Shown here: positions 19,201-26,949 of the stretch, piece by piece | Layout of the letters: every line of letters starts with the position of its first letter | How positions within the stretch are numbered: the stretch's first letter is position 1 | Origin: Alphaproteobacteria bacterium | Lineage (GTDB): Bacteria > Pseudomonadota > Alphaproteobacteria > Caulobacterales > Aquidulcibacteraceae | DNA length: 64,000 bases | Assembly: GCA_018971945.1 (NCBI GenBank) | Contig: JAGWZH010000002.1 | Span: 503-64,502, forward strand | Reading direction: 5' to 3' | Notes under the pieces: generated by a model | Seen by the model: only the letters and a program-made list of their open reading frames with translations | Told to the model about the DNA's origin: nothing | Database searches by the model: none | Position numbers and translations under genes: made by a program

Positions 19201-21159
19201 GCCGTCGCCTGGAGCAATTCGGCCGTGGGCGGGTACGCCCAACCTGTCACCGTCCGCGATCCGGTCGTGGCCGAGCTCTCCCTGCCGCGCTTCCTTGCGC
19301 CCGGCGATGAGGCGCTGGCGGCGCTCACATTGGACAATGTCGATGGCCCCGCCGGCCGCTACACAGTCCGCCTTGCCGCTTCTGGCGCCGCCGCTTTGCC
19401 AAGCCGGCCCTTTGTCTTCGATCTCCGCCCAGGCGGCCAGGCAAGGGTGCTGGCGCCGCTCAACGCCGAAAACCTGGGCTTCGGCGATCTCGCCTTGCGC
19501 CTGGAGGGGCCTCAAGGCTTCGCCCCCATCGACCGCGTCTACCGCATCCAGACCCGAAGCCCCTGGCTGCCCATCGCCGAGGCGGTGGTGACCCAACAGC
19601 GCCCCACCCGCGCCTACACGGTCCCCGCCGACGCTTTGAACGCCTTCCTCCCCGGCGACAGCCAGGCCGTGATCTCTTTCTCCAATCTCAGGGGCCTTGA
19701 TCCCGGCCCCTTGCTCGACAGCCTCTGGCGTTACCCTTATGGCTGCACCGAGCAGATGGCGAGCGTGGCCATGCCTATGCTCTATCTCGAAGAGTTGGCC
19801 GCCGAGATGGGCCGCGCCGAGCGCGCGGGCGTCCGCCGTCGGGTGCAGGAGGCGGTGACTTCCATCCTCGACCGCCAAGGCCAGGATGGCGCCTTCGGCC
19901 TCTGGCGCGCCAACGACAATTACGCTTCGCCCTGGCTCGGCGCCTACGCAGCGGACATGCTGATCCGCGCCCGCGCCCAAGGCTACGCCGTACCGCAGGC
20001 CGCCCTGGATAAGGCCATGAACGCCATGCGCATCATCGCCCGGCCGGACTCTATCGCCTCCGTTGGATACGATTTCGGCGTCCATATCTGGCCTGGCACG
20101 ACGGACTCCGAAGATCTTCTGCGCTCCCGCGCGGCCGCCTATGCTCTTTATGTCATGGCCAAAGCCGGCGCCGGCGACGTCGCCGATTTGCGCTATTTCC
20201 ATGACGTGCGCCTGGCCGGAGAGCCAAGCCCTCTGGCCCGAGCCCAGATCGGCGCGGCCCTGGCGCAGTTCGGCGACCGCGCCCGGGCCCGCAACGCCTT
20301 CCGCATGGCTGAGCAGGCTTTGGGTTACCGCAATATCGGCGACTGGTATCAGACCCCGGTCCGCGATCTTGCGGGCGTCACAGCCTTGGCCGTGGAAGCG
20401 GGCCAGGACGAGCTTGTCGGTCGTCTGACCGCCCGGCTCGAACGCCAGGCGCCTGACCCGGGCCGCATGACCACTCAGGAGCAGGCCTTCATGCTCCTCG
20501 CGGTCAATGCGCTGCAGGCGCAGGGTGAGGTCAATGTCAGCCTGAATGGCCAAGCCGGCGCAGGCCGCCGCCTCACAGCCTCCGCGCCGCGGATCGCCGA
20601 GGGGCTGACCTTCCGGAATGACGGCCAAGCCCCTGTCTGGCGCACCGTCTTGCTGAGCGGGTCGCCGCGCGCGGCCCCCGCGGCGTCGAACCAGGGCTTC
20701 GCCGTTTTCAAGCATGTCTACGCCTTCGACGGCGGCCCCGCGGACCTGCAAAACCTCACCCAGGGCGACCGTCTCGTCATCGTGGTGGGCGGCGAGCCGA
20801 TCGCCGCCCGCACGCACCCCACGCTGCTGGTCGATCTGCTTCCTGCAGGCTTCGAGATCGACACAGTCCTTGGACCGTCGGACGGTCTTGGCAGGCTTGG
20901 TTGGGACGGCGTGCGCCGTTCAGGACCTTTTGCGTTTGCGGGCGAATTGGAAAGCGGCGCTACCGCCGAGGCCCGAGACGACCGCTTCGTCGCCGCCCTC
21001 GATGTCGCCGGAAGGCCGTTCCGCTTCGCTTACGTCGTCCGCGCAGTCACTCCCGGCCGCTTCACAATGCCGGGCGTTGTTGTCGAGGACATGTATAGCC
21101 CCGGCGTCTTTGGCCGCAGCGCATTAGGCCGTGTCCGCATCGCGCCGCGCCCGGGCTGA
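16225..21159 (+). CDS. Alpha-2-macroglobulin family protein (YfhM-like) with intact thioester motif
   Basis: 1644 aa with an N-terminal TM anchor. Thioester CTEQ at 19744-19755 (RYPYGCTEQMASVAM). A PbpC gene lies 3 nt downstream, the classic bacterial A2M pairing. Confidence 0.9.
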   Translation: MNRNVIIAAVVALFVGLWSGMILSRSALGVDAPPLAFAAAGEEGPRGPNAPRAGVRRGEGMAFLRLRLDTDGVNPKACLEFSQPVSRDANLADYIRLEPEASFDVEAADALACIAGLPYAPDREVTVLAGFPAQDGAVTDREERFTLAFGDRPAYVGFSGDGMILPRNEADGIGLETVNVARLAIEVWRVNDRILSQTGLEGGETSQEGSWLYYDVESAGQGSGVRVYEGELDIAGSQNETVTTVFALGAALGAVDPGAYIVKVRDISPGAPRPEDGDASPAAAYRWVLYTDLALQSFRGAQGLDVVVRSLETARPVGGVVLTLIGGDNAELARVRTSREGFARFPAALLEGEGAGRAKMVMAYGSEGDFAVMDLDRPAIDLSERGVDGRRPPGDIDAFLYTDRGVYRTGERVRLVGLIRDEAGRAVQNRRSTLVIYRPNGAEFDRRRLREAQRAGAVAQNIDIARGAQRGVWRAVLEVDGQEAPAGEIAFSVEDFVPQRLRLALAGEESPLLAGESRSLAVDAQFLYGAPGAGLSVEGEARLQVDPTPFQGFDGYRFGRADETFAEQFILLTPTVTDAAGRAALVLGLDDAPDTSLPLRARVTATVSDPGGRPVRQGLAIPVRLSGLYLGVRPRFENDVVRENGAAAFDVIALDPAGDRVAARNVLWRLVEEDWSYDWYLQDGEWRWRRTGRDIPVDGGEIAVGADAPAVVGRDRLRGGAYRLTLTQEATGAETSYRFGAGWGGAASDRDTPDLVTVAAPADPVRPGRNAVIEIRPPYAGQAQIVVATDRVLETRTESVGPEGRTIRLRVDEDWGAGAYVLVTVMTPRDPANLPQPRRAVGVGYIAVDTGARRLEVSLDQPIARTQSRQVLTVPVRVANIPRGETVHLALAAVDQGILQITNFQSPDPAAWYFSRRALGVDLRDDYGRLLNPNLGAPALARSGGDSLGGEGLTTVPQRTVALFSDVVEVGRDGRVDIPLTLPDFNGELRLMAVAWSNSAVGGYAQPVTVRDPVVAELSLPRFLAPGDEALAALTLDNVDGPAGRYTVRLAASGAAALPSRPFVFDLRPGGQARVLAPLNAENLGFGDLALRLEGPQGFAPIDRVYRIQTRSPWLPIAEAVVTQQRPTRAYTVPADALNAFLPGDSQAVISFSNLRGLDPGPLLDSLWRYPYGCTEQMASVAMPMLYLEELAAEMGRAERAGVRRRVQEAVTSILDRQGQDGAFGLWRANDNYASPWLGAYAADMLIRARAQGYAVPQAALDKAMNAMRIIARPDSIASVGYDFGVHIWPGTTDSEDLLRSRAAAYALYVMAKAGAGDVADLRYFHDVRLAGEPSPLARAQIGAALAQFGDRARARNAFRMAEQALGYRNIGDWYQTPVRDLAGVTALAVEAGQDELVGRLTARLERQAPDPGRMTTQEQAFMLLAVNALQAQGEVNVSLNGQAGAGRRLTASAPRIAEGLTFRNDGQAPVWRTVLLSGSPRAAPAASNQGFAVFKHVYAFDGGPADLQNLTQGDRLVIVVGGEPIAARTHPTLLVDLLPAGFEIDTVLGPSDGLGRLGWDGVRRSGPFAFAGELESGATAEARDDRFVAALDVAGRPFRFAYVVRAVTPGRFTMPGVVVEDMYSPGVFGRSALGRVRIAPRPG

Positions 21160-21162
21160 AAC

Positions 21163-23241
21163 ATGCGCCGCGGCCGCTCGCCCCTGTGGACGCCGCTGCC
21201 CGCCACAAAGCGATGGCTGGCGGCGCTCTTGGCCGTGATGGCGTCGCTCTTTGCGCTGGATGTGGCGTTTCCCCCGCCGATAGCCCGCGCCGCAGACACA
21301 AGCCCCGTTGTCGAAGACCGCGAGGGCCGCTGGCTCCGCGGCTTCACCACGGCGGAGGGACGCTGGCGTTTGGCGGCGGATCTCGACCGGGTCGATCCGC
21401 GCTTTGTGAAGGCCCTGATAGAAGTCGAGGACAAGCGCTTCTGGCTGCACCCAGGCGTCGACCCTATCGCTCTGGTCCGCGCCTCGGCCTCCTTCGTGCG
21501 GACGGGGGAGGTCGCCTCCGGCGCCTCCACCATCACCATGCAACTGGCCCGCCTTCTGGAGCCGCGCCCACGCCATCTCGGCTCGAAATTGATCGAGATG
21601 ATCCGGGCCCTGCAGATTGAACGACGCCTCTCCAAGCGCGAAATCCTCGAGGCTTACCTCACCCTTGCCCCCTATGGCGGTAATCTGGAGGGGGTCCGCG
21701 CCGCCTCCCGGGCCTATTTCGACAAAGACCCGACTTGGCTCGATGATGCTGAGATCGCGCTCCTGATTGCGCTGCCGCAGGCCCCAGAAGCCCGCCGGCC
21801 CGATCGCCGCCCCGAGGCCGCCGCCGCGAGCCGTGCCCGCATCCTGCGCCGCCTTGGCGCGCTCGGGTTGCTGGAAGAGAGCCGCGTCGCAGAGGCCCAA
21901 ACGCTGCCCGTGCCGCAAAGGCGCCCGTTTCCGGTCCTGGCCGAGCACTTGGCCTTTCGTCTCGTCGCCGCGCGCCCCGGCCAAAGCGTGATCGCGACCC
22001 CTCTGGATGCAGACCTGCAAAACGCGGTGGAACGCCTCGTCGCCAGGGAGGCCGCGAGATTGGAGCGCGACGCTGGCGCAGCGGTCCTGGTTGTCCACGC
22101 GCCTAGCCGCGAAGTGCGCGCCAGCGTCGGCGGCGCCGGCCGCGCCCGCCCCGGCGGTTGGATCGACATGAGCCAGGCTGTAAGGTCCCCGGGGTCAGCC
22201 TTGAAGCCCTTTATCTACGCGTTGGCCTTCGATTCCGGCCTTGCCGCCCCCGAAACCCTCGCGCGCGATGGGCCGATCCGTTTCTCCGGGTACATGCCGG
22301 AAAATTTCGATCGTCGCTTCCATGGCGATGTGCGCCTTTATGAAGCCTTGCAGCACTCTCTCAATGTTCCCGCTGTGGCGACGCTTGAGCGCATCGGCGC
22401 GGCCTCTTTCGCCGCGGCGCTGCGCAGAGCCTACGCCTCGCCGCGCTTGCCGCCGGGGCCGGATTCCCAGGCAGGCCTTGCATTGGCTTTGGGCGGGGTC
22501 GGCATGACCCTTGAGGATCTCGTCACGCTCTATGCGGCTTTGGCCGATGGTGGCGAGGCGCAGCCGCTGCGGCGGGCCGAGCCCCTTTACGGCCTTCCTC
22601 GTCGTTTCGTGCGTCGAGAAACCGCTGAGGCCGTCCTGAGCATCCTTGCGGGGTCGCCGACGCCAAACGGCCGCGCCCCTGCGGCCTTGAGCGAAAACGC
22701 TCCCATCGTCGCCTATAAGACCGGCACGTCCTATGGCTTCCGCGATGCCTGGGCCTTTGGCGTGTCAGGCGATTGGGTCGTGGGCGTCTGGGTCGGCCGT
22801 CCCGACGGCAGTCCGCGCCCCGGCGCCACTGGCCGCGCCGCTGCGTTGCCCCTTCTGTTTGAGGTCTTCGACGCCATCGGTCCGGCCGCCGGGCGCCCGA
22901 TCGCGCCGATCCTGGCCCCGGAGCCGGCCCCCGCGGCCTTGGCCCGGCTCCAACGGGAAGGGCTTGGCGGGACGCCAGACCAGGGCCCTCGCATCCTTTT
23001 TCCCCCCGACGGCGCGGAAGTGCTCGTCACCGAATTCGGCCCCGAGAGCCGTGGCCTGTCTCTGTCCGCTGCGGGAGGCGAGGGGGCGCTGTCCTGGTTC
23101 GCCGAAGGCTGCCCTGCGAGCATCGAGGCCACCAGCGGCCGCGCCCTATGGCGCCCATCCGGTCCGGGCTTCCATACGCTCAGCGTGATCGACGCCATGG
23201 GCCGGCGCGAAACGGTCCGGGTTCGGATCCGCGACCGATAG
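21163..23241 (+). CDS. pbpC: Penicillin-binding protein 1C
   Basis: Glycosyltransferase motifs EDKRFWLHPGVD and STITMQLAR. Transpeptidase motifs SALKPF (SxxK), SLN and KTGTS. C-terminal PbpC domain. Confidence 0.9.
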   Translation: MRRGRSPLWTPLPATKRWLAALLAVMASLFALDVAFPPPIARAADTSPVVEDREGRWLRGFTTAEGRWRLAADLDRVDPRFVKALIEVEDKRFWLHPGVDPIALVRASASFVRTGEVASGASTITMQLARLLEPRPRHLGSKLIEMIRALQIERRLSKREILEAYLTLAPYGGNLEGVRAASRAYFDKDPTWLDDAEIALLIALPQAPEARRPDRRPEAAAASRARILRRLGALGLLEESRVAEAQTLPVPQRRPFPVLAEHLAFRLVAARPGQSVIATPLDADLQNAVERLVAREAARLERDAGAAVLVVHAPSREVRASVGGAGRARPGGWIDMSQAVRSPGSALKPFIYALAFDSGLAAPETLARDGPIRFSGYMPENFDRRFHGDVRLYEALQHSLNVPAVATLERIGAASFAAALRRAYASPRLPPGPDSQAGLALALGGVGMTLEDLVTLYAALADGGEAQPLRRAEPLYGLPRRFVRRETAEAVLSILAGSPTPNGRAPAALSENAPIVAYKTGTSYGFRDAWAFGVSGDWVVGVWVGRPDGSPRPGATGRAAALPLLFEVFDAIGPAAGRPIAPILAPEPAPAALARLQREGLGGTPDQGPRILFPPDGAEVLVTEFGPESRGLSLSAAGGEGALSWFAEGCPASIEATSGRALWRPSGPGFHTLSVIDAMGRRETVRVRIRDR

Positions 23242-23249
23242 GGGCGTTT

Positions 23250-23915
23250 CTATTCCTGCTGCCGCCGCCCGGAGCCTTCTTCCGCCACGAGCACGACCTC
23301 GGGGTTCTCAGGCGCCCGCCGCTCAAAAAGCCCGATATCAAGGCTTGCCTGCGGGGCCCGCGCGCGGAGGGGCGCCGCCAGACGCGCGGCGATCTCCTGC
23401 GCGGCGAGGTCCGGCGGCGTCGGCCGCCAATAGCGGATCGCCACCGCGAACTTCTCCCCTCTGGTCTCGACATCGGCAAGACCGGCCTCGAGCAGCGGTC
23501 CCCATTTTTTCCGCGCCGCTGGGATCGAGGCGTAACGCGCTGGCAAAGCTGCGCTCACCGCTTGCACCGGCATGCCCGCGGCGGCCTCCGCTTCCCGCTC
23601 CGTCCGCGCGTGCGCGAGGGGCGCTTCGAGCGCCTCCTTGGCCGAGGCCGCGATCGGCAAAGGCGGCAGCGGCCGCCAAAACCGCGCGACGATGCGATAG
23701 GCCCCGTCCTGGAACACCACCTCGCCGCCATGCTCATAAAGTTGCGGCGCCGCCGCATGCGCGGCGTCCGCAGAGGCATAGGTCTCCGCAAGGGTCTGCA
23801 CCGTGAACCGCACCGGGCCCCCTGCGCGGATCGCCGCGTCCGCCTCGGTCCTGGCCCGCAAACACGGATCCTTGAGCGCGGCTTTGGCGCTGGCGGCGAT
23901 AGCGTACTCGGTCAT
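23250..23915 (-). CDS. Hypothetical protein built from two tandem ~90-aa repeats
   Basis: High GC3 in this frame. Repeat 1 is AASAKAALKDP...ARTEADAA...YRIVARFWRP. Repeat 2 is AASAKEALEAP...ARTEREAE...FAVAIRYWRP. No signal peptide and no recognised family. Confidence 0.65.
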   Translation of the reverse strand: MTEYAIAASAKAALKDPCLRARTEADAAIRAGGPVRFTVQTLAETYASADAAHAAAPQLYEHGGEVVFQDGAYRIVARFWRPLPPLPIAASAKEALEAPLAHARTEREAEAAAGMPVQAVSAALPARYASIPAARKKWGPLLEAGLADVETRGEKFAVAIRYWRPTPPDLAAQEIAARLAAPLRARAPQASLDIGLFERRAPENPEVVLVAEEGSGRRQQE

Positions 23916-24045
23916 GGCTCCCCGAAAACCAGCAGATGCAAGCCGGCTGCGGCCGCTCCGCGCTTGTGTTAACGCACGCGGCGGCTAAAGTCTTGGTTAT
24001 CATGGAGGGCGGGCCGAGCCGCGGCCTGTCAAAGGGGAGCACGCC

Positions 24046-26121
24046 ATGTCCGCCTCGTCCAAGCGCCGCTTTCTGAGCCCCGTAAGAATAGCGCCAGCCC
24101 GCCTCGCCTTGGCTGTGGCCCCGCTTCTGGCTCTTGCGGCCTGTGACTTCCTCGCCCGCCAGCAGCCGCCCGCCGCTGAAGAGGCTGCGATTGAGGAGAG
24201 CGCCATTCCCCCGGTCGCGGGCGCAATCCGCCCTGAAAGCGACAAAGACTTGGTCCTCGTCCAGCAGCCGGTCCGAGTCGTGCCTGGCGAAATTCTGGTC
24301 GGCGCGCCGCTTCAGGACGCTTTGGCCCAGACAGCGTCCGTGATGGGTTTCGCCGCAGCGACCGTCACCCGCCTGCGCGCTGACGGCGAGGGGGCCCTCG
24401 GCGCGATCGATCCCTCCCAGCTGGGCGAACTGGTCCAAACCGCCGAGGAATCCGCAGGCGAGCGCGCTGTTGAGCGCGCGCGCCAAGTGCTGGATCGGCT
24501 CGGCGTCCAGGGGGAAATCCAGGTTGGCCGAGGCGGGGTGGTCTCCATCGATTTGACCCCTGAGCGCGCAGCGCCCCTCTCGCTTGATCTTCTGGCTCAG
24601 GAAACCGCCGCCGTCGACCAGGGCCAAACCCAGGCGGAGGCCGATCTCCGCGGCATGGAATGGGAAGGCGGACGCTGCCCCCGCGGGACGACGAGCGAAC
24701 AACTCCAACAAAGCGTAGAGCTGGCCACGCTTTGCGCCATAGCCCGCCTGCAGGCCACCCGCGCCTTCGAATATGTGGAGCCGAACTATATTGTCGAGGT
24801 CGGCTTCGACATCCTCCGCCCTCGGCCCCAAAGTCCATCCTCACACCCCTCTCAATCCCCAGCACAAGCGCCGCCCGCGCCGCCCTCAGGCGGCGCGACA
24901 AACCCTGCGCCTGCGGGTCCTGCGCCTGAAACCCAGGCTACCGGCGCGCTGCCCGACGATCCGCTCATCGCTTACCAATGGCACTATCGCCCCCGCGGGA
25001 CCGCTGCTGGCCAAAGCCCTGGGGGCGCAGGCTTCGAAGCCTTTTGGACCCAGGCCCGGCAAGTCGGCTCGCGGCAGATCCGGGTGGCCGTCATCGATAC
25101 CGGGCTCGACATGGCTCACCCCGACATCATGGGCTCCCCCAATGTTGGCCGTGGCGTTGACATGATTGCCGATCCGGAGCGCGCGGGCGATGCGGACGGC
25201 GTGGACGACAACGCCAATGACGATGGCGACCGCTGCGGCCGACGGGTGACGGACAGTTTCCATGGCACCCATGTGGCCGGCACCGTCGGCGCGGTGACGG
25301 CCAATGACCGCCGCGGCGTGGCGGGCGGCGCCTGGAACGTCACGGTCTTGCCCATCCGCGCCCTGGGCCGCTGCGGCGGCGAGGTGAGCGACATTGTCAA
25401 CGGCATCCGTTGGGCTGCGGGCCTTGGCCCGGCGATCACCGAAACAGACGCTGAGATCGTCAACCAAACGCCTGCCGATATCATCAATTTGAGCTTGGCC
25501 ATCGGCGCTCCTTGTCCGGCCTCGATGCAGGCCGCCATCGACGCCGCAGTCGCTCGGGGCGCGGTCGTGGTCGTCGCCGCGGGCAATAATGCGAACCCGA
25601 CGCGTCTCTTTGCCCCGGCCAATTGCAACAATGTGGTTGTTGTGGCCGCCGGCGACGCCCGCGGGGGCTTGGCCTTTTACTCCAATTTCGGCCCCGAAGT
25701 AGATGTGATGGCGCCGGGCGGGGACATGTACGCCGACAGCGACAATAATGGCGGCCCTGACGGCGTTCTCTCCACCATGCGCATCGCGCAAGAGTGTGTC
25801 GACGTCCTCACCCGCGAAGGACGCAGCGAGTGCTTCTACGGCTACCAACAAGGCACCTCCATGGCCGCGCCCCATGTCTCCGCCGCCCTTGCGCTTCTGG
25901 CGGCGCAGACCGGCGCCCGGGGCCGCGCCCTTGAGACGCTGTTTTTCAGCCGCGCGGTCTGGCGCTATCCTAGCCGCTACGCCCTCTGCGAGATCGACTG
26001 CGTCCGCAATCCGAACGCCACCCCGATTCCTGGTCAAAGCGGCCGCTGCATGCGCGACTGCGGCCAAGGCTTGCTTGATCTGGGGCTCGCCGCGGCATCG
26101 TCCTCCCCGACGCCGCGATGA
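24046..26121 (+). CDS. S8 family (subtilisin-like) serine peptidase, lipoprotein, with N-terminal propeptide region
   Basis: Lipobox LLALAAC. Catalytic triad contexts VAVIDTGLD, HGTHVAGTVGA and GTSMAAPHVSAA. Propeptide end AFEYVEPNYIVEV is followed by a Pro/Ser-rich linker. Confidence 0.9.
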   Translation: MSASSKRRFLSPVRIAPARLALAVAPLLALAACDFLARQQPPAAEEAAIEESAIPPVAGAIRPESDKDLVLVQQPVRVVPGEILVGAPLQDALAQTASVMGFAAATVTRLRADGEGALGAIDPSQLGELVQTAEESAGERAVERARQVLDRLGVQGEIQVGRGGVVSIDLTPERAAPLSLDLLAQETAAVDQGQTQAEADLRGMEWEGGRCPRGTTSEQLQQSVELATLCAIARLQATRAFEYVEPNYIVEVGFDILRPRPQSPSSHPSQSPAQAPPAPPSGGATNPAPAGPAPETQATGALPDDPLIAYQWHYRPRGTAAGQSPGGAGFEAFWTQARQVGSRQIRVAVIDTGLDMAHPDIMGSPNVGRGVDMIADPERAGDADGVDDNANDDGDRCGRRVTDSFHGTHVAGTVGAVTANDRRGVAGGAWNVTVLPIRALGRCGGEVSDIVNGIRWAAGLGPAITETDAEIVNQTPADIINLSLAIGAPCPASMQAAIDAAVARGAVVVVAAGNNANPTRLFAPANCNNVVVVAAGDARGGLAFYSNFGPEVDVMAPGGDMYADSDNNGGPDGVLSTMRIAQECVDVLTREGRSECFYGYQQGTSMAAPHVSAALALLAAQTGARGRALETLFFSRAVWRYPSRYALCEIDCVRNPNATPIPGQSGRCMRDCGQGLLDLGLAAASSSPTPR

Positions 26122-26744
26122 GGCGAACGCCCCCGCCGCCCGACCCCCAATCAGGGGAGGGGCCAGGTCTGCGCCGCTGGGGCGTTGGACTGGGCGCAGG
26201 CGGCATGGCGCTGGCCATTGTCATCGCCATTTTGAGCTGTCGCGAGGAGCCAAGAACGCCCGCAGCGTCCCCGGCGGCCGTCGACACGCCCGGGATCCTA
26301 AAGGCCAATCCTGACGCCGACAGCCCCAATGCCGCCCAATCCGAACCCGGCCAAGCCGAAGCGGCGGATGTGACGCCTGAGCAAGCCGCGCCAGCCCGCG
26401 TCCAGGACCGGCCGCCGGGTCGATCAGGCTCGGCGCAGACGATTTGCCCGCAAGGTGCGGATCGGCCGGAAATCCTGGCGGCTTTCGAGCGCAGCCATCC
26501 TATGAGCGAGGCCCAACGGCTTTTCGCCGCCGGCCGCCGCGACGAAGCCCGGGCTTTGGCCGCCCGCCTGCTCGCCGAACGCCGGGATCTCCGAGGCTTG
26601 TGCTTTGCGCGTTTCACCCTGGGCGGCGCTGAAATCGTGCTCGGCGCGCCAGACCCCGCCAGCGCGGCCCAGTGGGCCGAACGTCTCTCCGCCATGGACG
26701 GCGTCGCTTACGCCGAAACCAATCTGGTCGCGAGCCCTTATTGA
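26118..26744 (+). CDS. Hypothetical membrane-anchored protein with I9-propeptide-like C-terminal domain
   Basis: ATGA overlap with the S8 gene stop. One TM segment (GMALAIVIAILSC), a Pro/Ala-rich linker, and a C-terminus ARFTLGGAEIVL...AAQWAERLSAMDGVAYAETNLVASPY that resembles the end of a subtilisin propeptide. Confidence 0.6.
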   Translation: MRRTPPPPDPQSGEGPGLRRWGVGLGAGGMALAIVIAILSCREEPRTPAASPAAVDTPGILKANPDADSPNAAQSEPGQAEAADVTPEQAAPARVQDRPPGRSGSAQTICPQGADRPEILAAFERSHPMSEAQRLFAAGRRDEARALAARLLAERRDLRGLCFARFTLGGAEIVLGAPDPASAAQWAERLSAMDGVAYAETNLVASPY

Positions 26745-26949
26745 GCGCCAGCGGCCGGAGCGCGACGGCGGGGTGAAAAATCCCCAAGGCGGAGTGTTTG
26801 CGGCATTTCCGCCACGCCCACCTGACGAAAGCGTGTCCCAAGCCGCGCTCGTCTTCCGAAAAACCGGCGTGTTTGGCTAAACCTTTCCTTGACGAAAGCG
26901 CGCCAGCACAGGGCGTCTCCGCCTGGTCAGTTTCTTCAGAGAGGTCTAA

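Noticed and set aside
18097-20817. 906-aa ORF on the minus strand.
   Set aside because: It is antisense to the alpha-2-macroglobulin gene, which has strong family signatures (CTEQ and others). Its translation is Arg/Gly/Ala/Pro-rich with no motifs. This is a typical high-GC shadow ORF.
24886-26067. 393-aa minus-strand ORF. The same reasoning applies to 26614-27828, 2699-3769, 4012-5145, 21124-22098, 41836-42795, 45211-46152, 54214-55041, 55388-56176, 60031-60846 and 62338-63114.
   Set aside because: All lie opposite genes with unambiguous catalytic or structural motifs. All have shadow-ORF composition.
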